DNA of 64,000 bases from Candidatus Omnitrophota bacterium (GTDB lineage Bacteria; Omnitrophota; Gorgyraeia; S143-82), in NCBI GenBank assembly GCA_015494585.1, contig WGAY01000036.1, forward strand, positions 9,462 through 73,461. Reading direction: 5' to 3'. The position numbers and the translations under genes are program-made. The first letter of the stretch is position 1, and each line of letters opens with the position of its first letter. The notes under the pieces were generated by a model. It was not told the origin of the DNA. It did not search any database and worked only from the letters and a program-made list of their open reading frames with translations. Shown here piece by piece: positions 61,011 to 64,000 of this stretch.

Positions 61011-61955
61011 ATGGAAGGAATCTCTCTATCCATTCATGCAGCGATCGGTGCGGTATTTCAGGTCCTGATACTCTCCTCCGTGGGGTATACACTGGCAAAA
61101 AGACAGGTTATAGATAGACATAGTCTGAAAGTGATAAGCAGACTACTCACCGATGTATTTTTGCCGGCATTCATAATATATCACACAGTAAATGGCCTGT
61201 CAGAGACAACCTTAAAACACTGGTACCTCTTCCCACTTCTGGGACTAATAATCTTGATAGCAGCTATGCTAATCGCCTGGCTCACGAGTATCGTCTTTAA
61301 GATACGGGCAAAAAAACTATTTCTAGCAACAATAGGCTTTCAGAATTGTGGGTATATGCCACTCATAATGGCTGGAATTCTATTCCCACCCCAGCAAGCA
61401 AAGATTATCTATACATGGATCTTCCTATTTCTAATAGGATTTAACCTGCTGGTATGGACGCTCGGCGTATTTTTAGTCAGCGGCACTATGCCAGGCAAAG
61501 AGAGCATAAAAAAGATATTCAACCTTCCCTTTATATCTACAGTTATAGCTATAGTAATTGGTCTGAACCACCTGCAGGGCTATATCCCTGAACCTGCAAT
61601 GTCAATATTAGAAATCCTATCTAGGCCGGTCCTGCCCCTATCTATGCTGGTAATGGGAGGCATACTCGGGCTAAACTGTATGACCTGTAACCTCGATCGC
61701 AAAACCCTTATGTTATCAGTCATAGTAAAACTCCTTGCACTGCCGCTCTTGGGCCTATTGGTACTCAATACACTTTTTAGCAATCTAGAGCATCTTTTGC
61801 GCTGGTTCATTCTGGTAGAACTATCCGTGCCAAGTGCTGTCTCCTTAGCCGTGATATCCGAATCCTATGGCGGCGATACCCCGTTTATAAGCCAGGTTCT
61901 GTTTTATACCCACATCCTGAGCATAATAACACTGCCAATATTTCTGTCTGTGTAA
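61011..61955 (+). CDS. AEC (auxin efflux carrier) family transporter
   Basis: About 10 TMs; FLPA, FQNCGYMPL, PLSMLVMG, VPSAV. Confidence 0.88.
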   Translation: MEGISLSIHAAIGAVFQVLILSSVGYTLAKRQVIDRHSLKVISRLLTDVFLPAFIIYHTVNGLSETTLKHWYLFPLLGLIILIAAMLIAWLTSIVFKIRAKKLFLATIGFQNCGYMPLIMAGILFPPQQAKIIYTWIFLFLIGFNLLVWTLGVFLVSGTMPGKESIKKIFNLPFISTVIAIVIGLNHLQGYIPEPAMSILEILSRPVLPLSMLVMGGILGLNCMTCNLDRKTLMLSVIVKLLALPLLGLLVLNTLFSNLEHLLRWFILVELSVPSAVSLAVISESYGGDTPFISQVLFYTHILSIITLPIFLSV

Positions 61956-62045
61956 AGGCTTTGCTTCAGTACAAAATAATGCAATAATTATATAGATAGA
62001 CAACACATTATAAACCTGAACAAACCTTCAAAAAAGGAGGGTAAT

Positions 62046-62216
62046 ATGAAAACCATTCTCACATTAATCATCCTCATACTGGACATAATAGCCATCTTAG
62101 ACGTTGTAAAAAGCTCCAAAGACACCGTTAAAAAAGCCCTGTGGATTGCGGTCATCATCTTCTTCCCGCTCATAGGAATGATAGTGTATTTCTTAATAGG
62201 CCAAGGAAAGGCATAG
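62046..62216 (+). CDS. Small PLDc_N-domain membrane protein (56 aa)
   Basis: Manual translation MKTILTLIILILDIIAILDVVKSSKDTVKKALWIAVIIFFPLIGMIVYFLIGQGKA; AAGGAGG RBS; below the ORF-track cutoff. Confidence 0.88.
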   Translation: MKTILTLIILILDIIAILDVVKSSKDTVKKALWIAVIIFFPLIGMIVYFLIGQGKA

Positions 62217-62228
62217 GGGAAAAAACTC

Positions 62229-62256
62229 GCTGCCTGAATAAAATTATTCAGGCGGT
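62229..62256 (+). terminator. Hairpin after the PLDc_N gene
   Basis: GCTGCCTGAATAA-aa-TTATTCAGGCGGT; weak U-tract. Confidence 0.55.
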
Positions 62257-62354
62257 AGAACTTATTCCTTCTTTTAATATGATTTACTCTAACTTTCAGC
62301 CAACTTTGACCCCCTAAAATCATAACTTTCTGGTAATAAATAAGAAAGGACAAA

Positions 62355-62700
62355 TCAGATAGACGTAGGCACTAGGTTTCCTTGACTTGTATATAGGATT
62401 CTTGGCGGGATTGCGCAGCCTGTTGCCTTAAACGCAAAATGCGCTTCCTCCGGTAGCTCTGTGCGCATGATTATCTCTTTTCCCTTTACTCTAAAGCTTA
62501 CCACCTTTATCTGTTCTACTTTCCTGATTATCTCTCTATAGCTTAAATCCTCATCTATCTCTTTTAGCTTCCTCGTAAGATATACCTTTATCTGCAGGAC
62601 CCAAAAACATACAAATACATGCGCCCTTATCCTGCGCTCTATATAGTGACATCTCAGCTCTATCCCTAACTCACTCTATAGATCAGCTACTTTCTCATTT
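62355..62700 (-). pseudogene. IS1634-family transposase C-terminal remnant
   Basis: Startless frame ...EKVADL*SELGIELRCHYIERRIRAHVFVCFW...MRTELPEEAHFAFKATGCAIPPRIL; HxxxxRIRAHVxxCF motif; in-frame TAG at 62676-62678. Confidence 0.8.
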
Positions 62701-62760
62701 TAACCCTTTTCTTTGTGACGGGGAGAAGTACATTGACACTGCTGTTTTGAATTTCTAATC

Positions 62761-64000
62761 TCACGTATCCAGACCAATTCGGCGGTATATTTCTCCGATG
62801 TTCTTTACAAATCTGTCAGGTGAAAATATATTCTCCAGCTCATCTTCGCTTATGTGTTTTAAGATCTCCTTGTCAGACTTGACGAGCGATAGGAAGTCCG
62901 TGCCTTCATTCCAGGACATCATAGCATTGCGCTGGACCCATTCGTATGCCTTCATCCTCTCGACTCCCTTGTCCATCAATGCCGAGAGCAGACTTTGGGA
63001 ATAGATTAACCCATTAGTAAGATTTAGATTCCTTTTTATATTCTCTGGATAGACATTCAGATTCTCGAGTAGGCCCTTTAATTTTGAAAGCATATAATCC
63101 ACTAATATAGTGGCATCCGGAAATACCACCCTTTCAACTGATGAATGGCTTATATCTCTCTCGTGCCATAATGCAACATCTTCCATTGCCGCCAGGGCAT
63201 AGGAGCGTAATAGTCTTGCCTGCCCGGTCAACCGCTCTGAAAGTATCGGGTTGCGTTTGTGGGGCATTGCAGAAGAGCCCTTTTGCCCCTTTTTAAACGG
63301 TTCTTCTGCCTCCAGTACCTCTGTCCTCTGAAGGTGCCTTATCTCTATTGCGAACCGTTCAATGCTTGCGCCAAGCAGAGCAAGCGAAGTAATATAGGAT
63401 GCATGCCTGTCCCTGGGAACCACCTGTGTAGTGATAGAGCAGGGTTTTATTCCAAGTTTTTCGCACACATAGGCCTCTATCTGGGGCGGATTATGTGCAA
63501 AATTTCCAACCGCGCCTGAGAGCTTGCCCACTGCCACATCCTCTAGGGCCAATAGGATACGCCGTTTTGCCCTGGCAAGCTCATCGTAAAACAATGCAAA
63601 CTTCAGACCAAAGGTAATAGGCTCTGCATGTACTCCATGCGTGCGGCCTATACATATAAGGTCTTTGTAAGAAATGGCCTTTTGCCTGACAACAGACAAC
63701 AGCTTATCTATATCCTTCAAAATAATCTCTGTAGCCTGTTTAATCTGAACCGCAAAGGCAGTATCTATTAAGTCATTTGAAGTCAGTCCCTTGTGAAAAT
63801 AGGCCGCATACTCCCCTAGAGACTCTGAAACATTCTGAATAAAGGCAACGATATCATGATTGGTTACATTTTCCAACTCACTTATCCTCTTCACATCAAA
63901 GCTTGCCCTCTTCCTCATCTCTGCAACTACGTTTTCAGGAAAGAGCTTCAACACCACTGCCTGGGCTTCGGCAGTCAAAAGCTCTATCTCAAGCATAAGG
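62761..64000 (-). CDS. purB: Adenylosuccinate lyase (5' end outside window)
   Basis: HKGLTSND, GRTHGVHAEP, GSSAMPHKRNP, LWHERDISHSSVER. Confidence 0.97.
   Translation of the reverse strand, partial: LMLEIELLTAEAQAVVLKLFPENVVAEMRKRASFDVKRISELENVTNHDIVAFIQNVSESLGEYAAYFHKGLTSNDLIDTAFAVQIKQATEIILKDIDKLLSVVRQKAISYKDLICIGRTHGVHAEPITFGLKFALFYDELARAKRRILLALEDVAVGKLSGAVGNFAHNPPQIEAYVCEKLGIKPCSITTQVVPRDRHASYITSLALLGASIERFAIEIRHLQRTEVLEAEEPFKKGQKGSSAMPHKRNPILSERLTGQARLLRSYALAAMEDVALWHERDISHSSVERVVFPDATILVDYMLSKLKGLLENLNVYPENIKRNLNLTNGLIYSQSLLSALMDKGVERMKAYEWVQRNAMMSWNEGTDFLSLVKSDKEILKHISEDELENIFSPDRFVKNIGEIYRRIGLDT

Noticed and set aside
61988-62353. 121-aa minus-strand ORF
   Set aside because: Antisense to the PLDc_N gene, which has an RBS and a family pattern

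Overview
Gene-dense bacterial chromosomal window, most likely Candidatus Omnitrophota (PVC superphylum). That assignment is inferred from the 928-aa secreted protein family at 2.7-5.5 kb and the overall gene content. Almost all genes up to 57.1 kb are on the minus strand. Housekeeping genes include ligA, recO, rnhB, surA, pcm, dxr, cdsA, uppS, hisF, maf, metF, folD, rng, argC, argJ and purB, plus tmRNA, tRNA-Met and tRNA-Asp. The accessory modules are: (1) a 12-kb TonB/SusCD-independent glycan locus (ABC SBP and 2 permeases, TPR lipoprotein, two paralogous clan GH-A hydrolases, a tandem CBM-like protein, an unassigned outer-membrane beta-barrel, a ROK regulator), with a GH161-like beta-1,3-glucan phosphorylase 10 kb away; (2) a sigma54-driven PEP-CTERM gene beside an N-acyl amino acid synthase and a degenerate PaaK-like ligase; (3) an orphan pilN/O/P-like trio, a thermonuclease and a GGI-motif secreted protein; (4) a V-ATPase A-B-D + USP cassette without membrane subunits; (5) three copies of an unannotated ~300-350 bp intergenic element with terminal inverted repeats and inverted 7-nt periodic arms; (6) a tmRNA with an unusually long 28-codon tag ending in LVR; (7) an IS1634 remnant. 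No CRISPR array, rRNA or prophage was seen. All family assignments come from motif recognition by eye, not database searches.
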